Shown here: piece after piece, positions 26,371-38,373 of the stretch
How the letters are laid out: each line of letters begins with the position of its first letter
Position numbering within the stretch: the stretch's first letter is position 1
Assembly (NCBI GenBank): GCA_002269645.1
Contig: NIVC01000249.1
Location: forward strand, 186,001 to 250,000
DNA from: Macrostomum lignano
Taxonomy: Eukaryota
Length of the DNA: 64,000 bases
Direction of reading: 5' to 3'
Program-made: the position numbers and the translations under genes
The notes under the pieces: model-generated
What the model was told of the DNA's origin: nothing
What the model saw: only the letters and a program-made list of their open reading frames with translations
Database searches by the model: none

Positions 26371-27102
26371 TACCATTGAAACAGTTTACAGATAGCTAAA
26401 CTCCGAGTATTTGCAAAGTAGTTTTTACAGATTCTTCTGAACTGGGATTCGAACTCCCGATACCTCGGAAACGGTTTCCGGGTCTTGAGTCTTCTACTCG
26501 GTGTCAGCTGGTCTGATAGCCACCGAGAGCCCACCTGTGGCCAACACAGGAGCCTATAACTATTTTTTCGCACACGATAAGGGATTATCGGTTTACACTC
26601 TATTCTTGCTACTCCCCCAGTAGTCAATCTCTTTTGAAGAGGACAGAATAGTCGTTGAGTGCAGACTTGAGGCCAATTAAAATATTTGCAGCGTCAGTGT
26701 GGGATTCTGACAGAACTGAAACCGTTCTGCAACTTCCCATCGAGAAGCAGCTGACAGAGCTGGATTATGAATTTTTAATAACATAAAAGCCTTAGGCTTA
26801 AGCCATGCAGGCGAGAAGTTGTTGAGAAACGCATGCCTAGTGGATTCTGTGAGGGCGAAAGCTCTTCTGTTTACAGAGGCAAGCTATGCCCTGTGGCATA
26901 CAGGGCCTCATTCAGTTTAACAAGTTTTCTTTAGTTGCTATGGCGACGGAAGCAGACGGGGGGAAAGATGAGGAATGAGGGAAATATGTTGATAAGGAGC
27001 CCCGCTTCTTCGTTTCCTGACTTTGCGTGGATGCAAGAAGACTTGATTGCTTTTGCTGCCATTGACTGCCAAATCCGCCGTCTCATGGCCGCTCCGCCTT
27101 GC

Positions 27103-30023
27103 ATGGAGGTGACGCTTCTTTTTGCCGTGCTTTGCGTCGCCGTCTGCTCGGCAGGTAAGAATTTCACTATGGCAGGGGTTCGAGCCATGAAAAATCACAA
27201 AAATGGCACAACTTGTCTCAATCGTTGTATGAATCTATTTCAAGTCATTCTGTAAGACATTTTGTTGTAAAAAATGAAAACCTCCAATATCCGTAATGCG
27301 ATATTTTTCCGTAAAACCTGCCTACTAAAACTTTCCAAGAAACGTAGCTTCCCGTCCTACTTGAGTTGTCCTTGATTAATTGATGGTAGGATGATAACCT
27401 GCTCTCTGTTCTCCAATCCAGGCAAGTTTCTTGGGGTTTTCCACCCGAGATTTGTCCTGCTATTTTTTTCACCCGCCGAGGTTTAGCTGTCAATTTTCGG
27501 TAGTTTGCCAGCCAAGAATTCGAAAGTCTGAGTCCTATTAGTTGCTAGGGCCTGTAGCGGCTACAGTGCATGCCTGCACACAGCGGCCCTTGAGGCTTAT
27601 GTGTACATCCCATTCTAATTTTATGATTCTCTGGTTGGAGACAGGAGAAATACAAGAGCTCCAGTGGATGCAGGGGCGCTAAGAGGGCGCCAAAAAAACT
27701 CGGCGGTAAAACTCGATGAAGTCCCTGAGTTGAGATGACCGGGGGGGGGGTAGACGCAGACACAATGTTCCTCAAAAAGCTTCTCTTCGATTTGCGCATA
27801 GAAACGTTGCTCCTGAGATGAAAATGCCCAACAACATCTGCGAGGATATGAGAACAGTAGCAGTAAAACACTATTAATGAAGAAAATGTGCTGCTTATAT
27901 GCAAAGCGTGTTGTGATTATGACCTATTAATACCGATTAAATTTTTGCAGCTCCAAAGCTGATTTTTAATTCAAAATTCTTGAGTCGATAGACGAACGTA
28001 TATTAGAATGCACAAGTCAACTTTGAATGTGCATCTTCAGTGAGGTAAAGCAATAGCACAGTGCACCTGAGTGAATGAGACATTGCTAAATTTCTGGTCC
28101 TGAGGATGTCAAGGTTTTTAGCGAAACGCGTTGGCTTTTTGCTGCTTTTGGAAGTTTAGTAAATTGAAATTCTCAGACCTGCAGGTGCAGCAGCTGCCGA
28201 AGAACATGCAGGCCAAGCTGTCAACCAAATGGACGCCGAGTGAAAACGCGAATCTCGGGAACAACGGCAATACCTCCGGGACGTACTACTCGGGCTCGCA
28301 GTGCGTTCACGCAGCGGGGGACGACACGCTGCCGTGGTGGATGCTAGACATGCAGACGGTGCGCCTGCTCAGCTCTGTGAGGATCTGGAACCGCCTCGAC
28401 TGCTGCTCCGGAAAATTCAGCAATGTCACATTCGGTAGGGGGAATTTTCTGTCTTCACCGATTGCCCTGCGCTGGCACTGACTTTCCCACGTCGCCCTGC
28501 TCTGCTAGGCGTCAGCGCTTTCGAATCCGTGTGGAGCAGCTTCAACTCGTCGCTGATTGACGAATGCTACCGTTACACCGGGGTGCCGGCGCACACGGAG
28601 AACCCTCTGAGTTTCACCTGTTCGCGACCAGTGGCCGGTCGGTACCTGACTTTGGAGAGAACGCCTGCATCCCCAGTGTACTTTCACTTCTGCGAGATTG
28701 ACGTCTACGTCTGTGAGTTTGCGGTGGTCTGATGGTAGGCCTCATCGAGGCACCCGGAAGCGGATAATACCTTATTTATAGCACACAGCCACGATATTGC
28801 GTAAAATGTAAGGCAAAAAATAAAGTCAATGTTTGCAAGAAGCCTGCGGCCACCCTAGCGCTTCGCCTTTGGCGACATCGCTCCACATCCAGCGCTGGGG
28901 CAATTCTGCCCGTTCCACATCCAGCGCTGGGGCAATTCTGCCCACTCCACAACCAGCGCTGGGGCAATTCTGCCCACTCCACAACCAGCGCTGGGGCCAT
29001 TCTGCCCATTCCACAACCAGCGCTGGGCAATTCTGCCCGTTCACATCCAGCGCTGGGGCAATTCTGCCCATTCCACATCCAGCGCTGGGGCAATTCTGCC
29101 CGTTCCACAGACTTCTGAGCACCTACAAGCAGTTCCACTTCCAGCGCTGGGGCAATTCTGCCCGTTCCACAGACTTCTGAGCACCTACAAGCAGTTCCAC
29201 AAGCAGCGCTGGGGCAATTCTGCCCGTTCCACAGACTTCTGAGCACCTACAAGCAGTTCCACTTCCAGCGCTGGGGCAATTCTGCCCGTTCCACAGACTT
29301 CTGAGCACCTACAAGCAGTTCCACTTCCAGCGCTGGGGCAATTCTGCCCATTCCACAGACTTCTGAGCACCTACAAGCAGTTCCACAAGCAGCGCTGGGG
29401 CAATTCTGCCCATTCCACAGACTTCTGAGCACCTGCAAGCAGTTCCACAAGCAGCGCTGGGGCAATTCTGCCCATTCCACAGACTTCTGAGCACCTGCAA
29501 GCAGTTCCACAAGCAGCGCTGGGGCAATTCTGCCCATTCCACAGACTTCTGAGCACAGACAAGCACGCACTCAGACACACGCTCTAGGGTTGGCCCTAAC
29601 GGTTGAGAATCTCAAGAAAAGTCACAAGCTTCAAATGGATGCGACCGCTCACGAAATCGAACCAGGGGTCGAATCATCGCGTTTACCACTGAGCTTCTCC
29701 GCCCCTCAACTAATGAGAGTCAGAGCATAGAATTTCAACATCGCCAACGCCCTTCGTCGCCTCCAGTCACGAAGTCCGCTCCGCACCGATTCCTGGACGC
29801 TCAGCCGATTTTCTCCACCGCCGCGGCGGCTCCTCTGATGGAGGTTCTCAGCATCCGGTCGCTCATCGAGTGCAGCCTGCGGTGCGGCGACCACCCGACC
29901 TGCCTCTACGCGATGCACTTCAGAACTGGCAGCTGCCGGTTCTTCCTGTCCCCGACGGTGCCGCTCAGCCTCCGCGACGGCTTCATCGCCGAGTCTGGCA
30001 GCTTTGTCGGCCTTGTTGGCTGA
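27103..30023 (+). CDS. Secreted F-type lectin (fucolectin/FTP domain) with C-terminal PAN/apple-like domain
   Basis: Exons 27103-27154 (signal peptide MEVTLLFAVLCVAVCSA), 28177-28434, 28509-28712, 29767-30023. Motifs CVH..PWW.LD..VRIWNRLDCCSGK, GRYLTL, FCEIDVY; then SLIECSLRCGDHPTCLYAMHFRTGSCRF. Confidence 0.85.
28870..29570. repeat. Intronic 31-nt minisatellite grading into a 62-nt higher-order unit
   Basis: The CAGCGCTGGGGCAATTCTGCCC core repeats at ~31-nt and then 62-nt spacing. Confidence 0.92.
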
Positions 30024-30639
30024 ACGTTGGATAAACAATCTGCATAAATCATTGCTAGGATCAGAGCTTAGCAATTACTGCCAAAATTTGTAGTCCTACT
30101 AATAAATAGAGCTTGTAAGTCCACAATTTCAAAGTATGATCCACCAAACCCCAATAGAAATTTCGGTCAATAAGGTTCATTTTTAGTATATAGATGAATA
30201 TCTTATGCAAATTACCAGAATGATGAAATTTTTTAAGTCGTATGGTATCTCTTTTTACAACTGTTTAGATATTATACAGTGTCAAAAGTTTTTTGTTGTT
30301 AAGAACAATAGCTTCTGTTTCTCGTTTGAGTTTCAGTTTACTTTCAGTAAAGTGTTTCTCAAATCTTGCAATTGAAGACTTCAGATTTAGAGAGAGCAAA
30401 TAAAATCGAATTTTTATAATAATTTTGAAGCCCCTTAACTTCAATCAAGATTTTTCGAATATTTGAATTGCGTTTCACTTTTGCGCCCTCACCTCACCTC
30501 CACCTCAGTGTTCATTAGAGAGTAGGCTTGAACAGAATAACTGAACACGGAGGCAGGGACAGCTACAGCTGAAGTAGAAAGACCAAAATTTGTCTATGGC
30601 TGAACCCTATTCAGGGCTATGCGTTCTCTGAAGCTCCGT

Positions 30640-31575
30640 GAGCGCTGTGTTGCATCCTTCTACATCAGCTGTCTAATTCATCTATGGCTAAATCCTATTC
30701 AGCGCTGTGTTGCATCCTCCTACTTCAGCTGTCTAATTCGTCTATGGCTAAACCCCATTCAGCGCTGTGTTGCATCCTTCTACTTCAGCTGTCTAATTCG
30801 TCTATGGCTAAACCCCATTCAGCGCTGTGTTGCATCCTTCTACATCAGCTGTCTAATTCGTCTATGGCTAAACCCCATTCAGCGCTGTGTTGCATCCTTC
30901 TACTTCAGCTGTCTAATTCGTCTATGGCTAAACCCCATTCAGCGCTGTGTTGCATCCTTCTACTTCAGCTGTCTAATTCGTCTATGGCTAAACCCCATTC
31001 AGCGCTGTGTTGCATCCTTCTACATCAGCTGTCTAATTCGTCTATGGCTAAACCCCATTCAGCGCTGTGTTGCATCCTTCTACTTCAGCTGTCTAATTCG
31101 TCTATGGCTAAACCCCATTCAGCGCTGTGTTGCATCCTTCTACTTCAGCTGTCTAATTCGTCTATGGCTAAACCCCATTCAGCGCTGTGTTGCATCCTTC
31201 TACTTCAGCTGTCTAATTCGTCTATGGCTAAATCCTATTCAGAGCTGTGCTGCATCCTCCTACTTCAGCTGTCTAATTCGTCTATGGCTAAATCCTATTC
31301 AGAGCTGTACTGCATCCTCCTACTTCAGCTGTCTGATTTGTATATGGCTAAATCCTATTCAGAGCTGTGCTGCATCCTCCTACTTCAGCTGTCTGATTTG
31401 TATATGGCTAAATCCTATTCAGAGCCGTGTTGCATCCTCCTACTTCAGCTGTCTGATTTGTCTATGGCTAAATCCTATTCAGAGCTGTGTTGCATCCTCC
31501 TACTTCAGCTGTCTGATTTGTCTATGGCTAAATCCTATTCAGAGCTGTGTTGCATCCTTCTATACTTCAGCTGTC
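30640..31575. repeat. 60-bp tandem satellite, ~16 units
   Basis: Exact 60-nt period (sequence lines align), with polarised variants toward the 3' end. Confidence 0.97.
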
Positions 31576-32244
31576 CATGCACGGAATTCTTCCATCAATA
31601 TTGGAGTGTCGTGACTCAAAGTGACCACTAATTTTATACTGGAGCAATGAGCGGTATTGAAATGCTACAAGCATTCATATTCATACTAGGCTCTATGATG
31701 CTCTATGAGTCTGTGAGTTTGAGATGAGTAGCGCTTCTTCAAAAAGCAACTCAACATCTTTACCGTGAATATTTTGCCAGCTTTTTTCACTCGGCACTGA
31801 AACTAATGAGCACAAAATTGCAAAAAAATTGTGGAAAAGTAGTGACTTTAAATTATTCCGATGCATCAAGAAGAATCGCAATAGTCAAGTCAACCCAATT
31901 GTTCCCGTGGGCTATACGGTGTTTAGTAAGAGTTTAAATAAAATATTGAATCTGTTTAGTTGATAGATTGGTCCCACTTGCGATTGCAGCAAGCAGACTC
32001 TGCGTTTCTATTAGTTGAGTTTAGTTGCTGTGGCAACTGCCCAAGCAGGACGAAGAGGGTAGAAGAGGTAAAAAGCAGACATGCAGGGCTGCTAAGCCAG
32101 GCTTTACTCCAGATCCCCATCGGCAGAAGTTCTCTGTTCCCACAAAGCCTGTGTTCTGTATTTTTTCATGCTGAAAATCCCTAACTAAAGAGGGACTCTC
32201 CACTTTTCTAAGTTGTTTTCGGACTCCGTTTAAAGCCTAGCTTA

Positions 32245-32400
32245 GGTGCCACTAGCATGGGAACACTGGAGACATTGTGGCTTAGGTACGACTAGCATGG
32301 GAACACTGGAGACATTGTGGCTTAGGTACCACTAGTGGGAACACTGGAGACATTGTGGCTTTATGTACCACTAGTCAGGGAACGCTGTAGACATTGCAGT
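32245..32400. repeat. ~41-nt repeat x3-4 (TAGCATGGGAACACTGGAGACATTGTGGCTTAGGTAC)
   Basis: Directly visible. Confidence 0.85.
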
Positions 32401-32719
32401 GACACAGCAGAAGCACTGGCACGATAGAGAACTGCAAGACCGAATAGGAGAAAGAGAAAGGGAACTTCTACTTCGGATAAGCATCAGATTCATGGATAAG
32501 AATGGTTGACCAATGCAATACCAAAGAAATCTAAGCACCTAAAAAGTTGCGAGTGCAGAACAGCCACGAGAGCGTCTCAATTCCAGGTACGAGTATGACA
32601 AACTTGCTATTATCATAGGCATCTCTCTAAACTGATAAACGGCGCTTTTACCTGCTTCTCTCATTGATTACCTTCTTTACCATCTTCTTTGACATGATTT
32701 GACTTTGCCCTTTAGGCAA

Positions 32720-33590
32720 ATGGCCACTCCAGCGAGTCCGTCACTGAGCAATGATTTGGAGATTCTTGGAAAAGCTTTATTTCTTGCACGTGAGAAGATA
32801 CGAAAGATTGGCGTAGCACTTATAATTCCAAAAGAACATCTTTATTCTGTAGATATTAATACAGAAGTTATCAACTCGAATTTGCCATTAATTATTGAAT
32901 TCAGAAGCACTCTGAAGGACTGCATTCGCACTGCCGAATCGTTGATTATTAAAGTATCAGGCATTTACAAGAATTACTTAAAATGTCTTGAAGAGCTGAA
33001 AAACATTGCGAAGTCGGGAACTCTGAAAACTAAAATTCCGAAAGCATGAAGGACACATTGACCAAGCTCGTCAGAAACTTTGAAGGATTCGGACGTGAAT
33101 TGGGTGAATTTGTGGAGCGCGTAAATGAGTTGCAGAGAGTGTCGGAGAGAGTGAAGGATGAGGCAACTTGGGAGGAACAGAAAGTTAAACAAGAGGCGGC
33201 CAGCGCGAGATCGGGGGCCCAGTCGGAAAGTCTTCTCCAATGGACGGCCGGCATTGCCACACCGGGCCTCATCACTCTAGGTAGCAGCTTCCAGGACTCG
33301 GTAAAGGCGAACAACGAACGGTATGAGAGGGCAGATGAGCTGGATGCCATTTTCCGAAAGTTCAACAGGGTTCGAGAAGTGCTGGACGACGCTTTTCGAA
33401 AAATCAACCGTGTTGCAGAAAGAATCGGGAGCCGTCCTGTCCAGCTTACAGAAGAAGTAACTCAGGTTATCCGAGCTGTTCTCCTGCAGTACGAGAAGAT
33501 TGCTGAAAGCAGAAAGCCGCTGAATTGAAGGAAAAAATGGAACGCAATCGCAGGGAGATATGGAGGAGATGAGAAAAAACCTGGGAAAGT
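32720..33590 (+). pseudogene. Disrupted copy of the helical ClyA-like protein family
   Basis: Homologous to 36772-37728 and 42815-43771. Frameshift near 33030-33046 (the ORF splits) and deletion plus premature stop in the C-terminal coil near 33510-33528. Confidence 0.8.
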
Positions 33591-35791
33591 AGCTAGCTGA
33601 TCGGCTTCTTATTCTGGACTCGTTGACTGAAATAATTTTCAAATTTTACTTCAGATTTTGACTAAAGAATGAAGCCGTGAAATCATGTTGCTTTATGGTT
33701 TTTCGAGAATAAAAATTTTCAGACTAAAAAGAAAGTTGTAACTTTATATATGCGAGCGTAAAATCACCCTCTTCAGTGTGTCCAACTTTTTTAGCCTAAT
33801 ATTTCAACTCACCTGAGATTTTTTAATTGTTAACTTATAGTACTTGTACTAATTCGTCAATATTTAAAAAATATAATCTGCAGGTGCGTGACACTCAATA
33901 GTTAGTTATCCTTACCGATATGGTTCACTATCTGAAATCTCTCTTTATTTGGCTGGCCATTGCTTACACTTTTTTGTTTGATTTTAGTTGTTATTCAATA
34001 AAAACCAATATTTCATCCAGCATCTTGCAAAGCGTTGTGAAATCATCGCGTATTCAGCATTTTATTAATGAAAGACATGCTCAAGTAGCCAATAGTTCAC
34101 TAAGTTCAGTGACCAACAGTTCAGTAGCCAATAGTTCAGTATAACAAACATCTTGCAGAACGCAGCGTGCAATGGATACTGAATCAAAGTAGCGTGCACA
34201 ACAAGCAACAGCAAGCAAAAGCATTAGAGGTGTGCACTGTAAAAATAAAAAGGGAATTTCATGCTGATACCTGTTGCAATCCTAAGCTAATTGAGAAAAG
34301 CATAGTTTAGTAGAGCTCTTTGCAGTGCTATGTAATTAAAAACAATATGCCTGATATATTCTGGAACAAATCTGGCTCTGAAGAAGTCGGATCTTTCTGG
34401 CACAGATGCTTTTTAATCGAATTTTTCTATGGCCAAACCTCATTCAGCGCTATGCGTTCTCTGGAGCATACTGAATGCACTGGCGACACGACCAACTTAG
34501 GTTTCTTTCTCCGGCTTGTTTGTCCTCACGGGCCCAACACGGGCTGAAACTAAACAAATTTATCGAAGAAAAAAATAATCGGCCGATCCAGCACCGAATT
34601 CCAGATGCTGCCTGTCTCCACACTGTCTCTGCAGTCTCCAGTTTGCACTGCACAATCGGCCATATTGGCAAGCGACAGGCCGCGTCGACATGAAAAATTC
34701 CAGCATGTCCGCAGCGCGCCATCGCTCACAGCCTGTCATGTGGCCGGGGCCAACACGAGTGCACAGGATAGAAAAATTTAGTAGCTGCTTAAATCGAATG
34801 TCCATGGGGCATAGACCTTTCCTTTGCTCCATGACTAAGTCTCTACTGCCCTGTTGGTTCACTTTTAATCTGCCCGTTTTCAGCACGATTGTAGCGAAAA
34901 AGCCGTGGGTTTGAATCGCATCACTCTTACTAAAAATCTGAGAAAAGTTAGAAAAGTTTTCAATGTCTGAGTCCACGTTTCCACCCCGACACCAGTTGTC
35001 AACTAGTGATAGCTTTAATCCAACTATTAGCCACAATTCTCCAGTTTCTCCTGGGGCATTGTGACGCAATTGCATCGCCCACACAGTTGAGACAACAAAG
35101 AACCGCACGCGTCAAGTAAATTGCGTTCGTATTAAAACGTATTTAAAAACCCCTGCTTTTATCTATAGGCTAAGTCGTATGCAAGGCCTGAGAACATCTC
35201 CAGGAACACACTTGAGATCTGCCTCAGTCGAATAACTATCCGACGATCGAACTTAGAAAAGCTTGTAAAGTCCGACCCTGAGATTGTTGCTATACATAAC
35301 GCCAAGTCCTTTCTTTACATTTAGCATTTCAAAGCTATTCAACATGGCTTACTCAGTTTGCTTAGGATCGCTAAGGATGCCAGGAGGAAGTTCCCTTTTC
35401 ATGTTTTAAAGTGCACACCTCTAGCTATTGCTTGTTATGCACTCTCCTTTGTGGCTTTGTCTCGATATTTGTTGCAGCACGATTGTACAATCTACTGTAC
35501 TGCATACGCTCGTAGAAGGCGGAAGTTCCCTTTTAAATATGCATCCCAATCCTACAATGGGTTATCCGGATAGATGCACTCGTAACTTAACTGTTGGTCA
35601 CTGAAGCAACTTCAGCATGTTTTCATTAAATAAACTGCTAATGTCGCCATGTCTTTTCACTTCGCTTTTGCCGAGTTTTGATGAAAATTAGATTTTTATT
35701 GAACAACAACTGTCGAATAGACAATAAACTAATAGAACGAGATATAAGTGGTGCAGAAAGGAAGAGAGGGGAAAGAAGTGAAGGGCCTAAG

Positions 35792-36180
35792 CATGGATGA
35801 ATGAATAGAATGGATTGCTATTCTGGCTCTGGCTATTTTCGTTTTTGACTCTTTTGCATCCGGTTCCCCCCGTGCCTTTTCATTGGTTGATGATTGCCAT
35901 AGACAGTTTTCGGCCTTCGCCCCTTTCTTTCGATGCACAAGCGCAAAGAACTGAGAATGTCAGTTACTTGCAGAGAATATCGAGCGCTCGTAGGTCTTCC
36001 CCCTTTATTTCAAAACACGAGCGAAAGCGCTTGTGCATCGAAAGAAAGGGGCGAAGGCCGAAAATTGTCTATGGCAATCATCAACCAATGAAAAGGCACG
36101 GGGGGGAACCGGATGCAAAAGAGTCAAAAACGAAAATAGCCAGAGCCAGAATAGCAATCCATTCTATTCATTCATCCATG
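35792..36180. mobile_element. MITE, 389 bp, ~155-bp terminal inverted repeats, 8-bp TSD (hAT-like)
   Basis: Arms 35792-~35944 and ~36026-36180 are reverse complements (CATGGATG..CATCCATG). Flanks GGCCTAAG and GGCCCAAG match at 7 of 8 positions. Confidence 0.85.
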
Positions 36181-36771
36181 GGCCCAAGCCGCGGGTTGAA
36201 GTTGTATTTATACTAACAATGATGAACAGGCCAGCCAAATTGTCTGTGGTAAATGAACGGTTACGATAGTCTGTGGAAAAGGCATGGTAGACAAAGGGAG
36301 ACGGCTAACTGAAAAGTACAAGGTAATAGAAAATACAAATATTTGGAGGATGGAAATCCGACAACTCACAGCAAACACAAAAATTTAAGCAATGGCCGGT
36401 CAAATAAAGAGAGAAATTCCAGGCAATCAATCATATCGTTAAGGATAACTTGTGAGTCTCAGACACTAGCAGATAAAAAAATGAAATCGTATTGATACGC
36501 TACAATACGAGCTACAATTTCAGTCTAACTATCGTACTTGACAATTAAAATTTATCAGGCGAGTTGAAATATCAAGTTAAAAGGAGACACACTGAAGCTG
36601 GTGATTTTATATATAAAGAGAGTTACTACGCTTGCTTTAGTCTGAAAATGTTTATCCGCATAAGATCATTAAAAACACGATTTCACCGCTTCATTCAATA
36701 AGGCAAAGTCTGGAGTAAAAATTAAATATGATTTCAGTCAGCAAGTCCAGAATAAGAAGCCCATCAGCCTG

Positions 36772-37728
36772 CTACTTTCCTTGGTTTTTTTTCATCTTCT
36801 CCATCTCCCTCCGCATGCGTTCCATTTCTTCCTTCATTTTAGCATTCTCCTTCTTTGATTCAGCGGCCTCCTGCTCTGCTCTAGCGGCTCTTTCCTCTGC
36901 TTCAACAGTTTGCTGCTGAGCTTGGGCAGCCTGTTGCTGAGATTCAGCAATCTTCTCGTATTGTAGGAGAACAGCTCGGATAACCTGAATTACTTCTTCT
37001 GTAAGCTGGACAGGACGGCTTCCGATACTTCCCGCAACACCGTTGATTGTTTGCAAAGCGACGTCCAGCAGTTGTCGAGCCTCCTTGAACTTTCGGAAAA
37101 TGGCATCCAGGTCATCTGCCCTCTCATACAGTTCGTTGTTCGCCTTTACCGAGTCCTGGAAGCTGCTACTTAGAGTGATGAGGCCAAATGTGGTGATTCT
37201 GGCCGTCCATTGACAAACATTGTTCCACTGGGCCTCCGATCTCGTGCTGGCCGCCTCTTTTCGAACTTTCTGTTCCTCCCGAGTTGCCTCATCCTTCACT
37301 CTCTCCGACACTCTCTGCAATTCTTTTACACGCTCCACAAATTCACCCAATTCACGTCCAAATCCTTCAAAGTTTTCGAGGAGCTTGGTCAACGCGTCTG
37401 TCATGTTTTTAACATTTTCAGTTGTCAGAGTTCCCGAATTCGCAATGTTTCTCAGCTCTTTCAGGCATTCTGAGTGATTCTTGTAAATGCCTGCCACTTT
37501 TCCACACAACGATTCGGCAATGCGAAGGCAGTCCTTCACAGTGTTTTTAAATTCCTGAAGGGATGGCAAAGTCACGTTGATGGAGTCCGTATTATTATCT
37601 ACCGACTCGAGTTGTTCCTTTGCCTTTCTTAGTTCTCCGCCAATCTCGCATATCTCCTTACATGCATTGAAAGCTTTTCCAAGACTCTCCAAATCCTTGC
37701 CAAGTGAGGAACTCGCTGGAGTCGCCAT
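36772..37728 (-). CDS. 318-aa all-helical protein with a central hydrophobic tongue; candidate ClyA/Hbl/Nhe-type alpha-pore-forming protein (copy A)
   Basis: Intronless ORF starting MATPASS. Amphipathic helices flank W174TARITTFGLITLSSSF190; C-terminal coiled coil. The ORF is solid; the fold assignment is inference. Confidence 0.7.
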   Translation of the reverse strand: MATPASSSLGKDLESLGKAFNACKEICEIGGELRKAKEQLESVDNNTDSINVTLPSLQEFKNTVKDCLRIAESLCGKVAGIYKNHSECLKELRNIANSGTLTTENVKNMTDALTKLLENFEGFGRELGEFVERVKELQRVSERVKDEATREEQKVRKEAASTRSEAQWNNVCQWTARITTFGLITLSSSFQDSVKANNELYERADDLDAIFRKFKEARQLLDVALQTINGVAGSIGSRPVQLTEEVIQVIRAVLLQYEKIAESQQQAAQAQQQTVEAEERAARAEQEAAESKKENAKMKEEMERMRREMEKMKKNQGK

Positions 37729-38373
37729 TTCTCTAAAAGTCAAAGTCAAATCTTATTAAAAATATTGATCAACGAAGGTAAAATCCGATTATCGGTTCAG
37801 AAATATGCCTCTGATATTAGCAGGATTGCCATAATTGCATACCGTTATAATTATAGCTATATTTCAAGAATGCGAGCACTTACCCGGAATGAGACGCTCT
37901 CGTTGCTGTTCTGCCCTTGCAACTTTGTAAGTGCTTAGATTTCTGTGCTATTATATGGGCCAAAGTAGAAGTTCCCTTTCTGCCGAATACGTAAAAAATT
38001 CGTGCTCAAGGCCAGCAGTGTGTACGAGTACGCTCGTACGCATCTGCTTGGCAAGTCGAAGTTCCATTTTCTTGGTCGGTCTCGCAGTTTGTGTGTATTA
38101 TTCGTACATAGAGGGCGAAAAATAATGCAGTACACACAATGTGCTCGGTTGATATACAAAAACTGAAGTTCCATATTAACCGTGCTCATTTAGCTCAGTG
38201 CATTTTTAAATTGATGCTGCAAGCGGGCCAATCCAGTGGCTTGTTTGTCTCCTGCCCATGCCTGTCGTTCACATTTCACTCTACAAATACCTGGCATCTT
38301 AGCCTCCTGAAGCGCAATCCTTTTCTACCCGCAACAGTTTTCATCACTCAAACCACAATTGTTCGATAAAATC

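Noticed and set aside
26430-26520. Pol III B-box (GTTCGAATCC, minus strand) suggesting a tRNA
   Set aside because: No convincing A-box or cloverleaf.
30619-31631. 331-aa and 315-aa Cys-rich repetitive ORFs
   Set aside because: They are translations of a 60-bp satellite open in two frames; no unique coding flanks or splice context.
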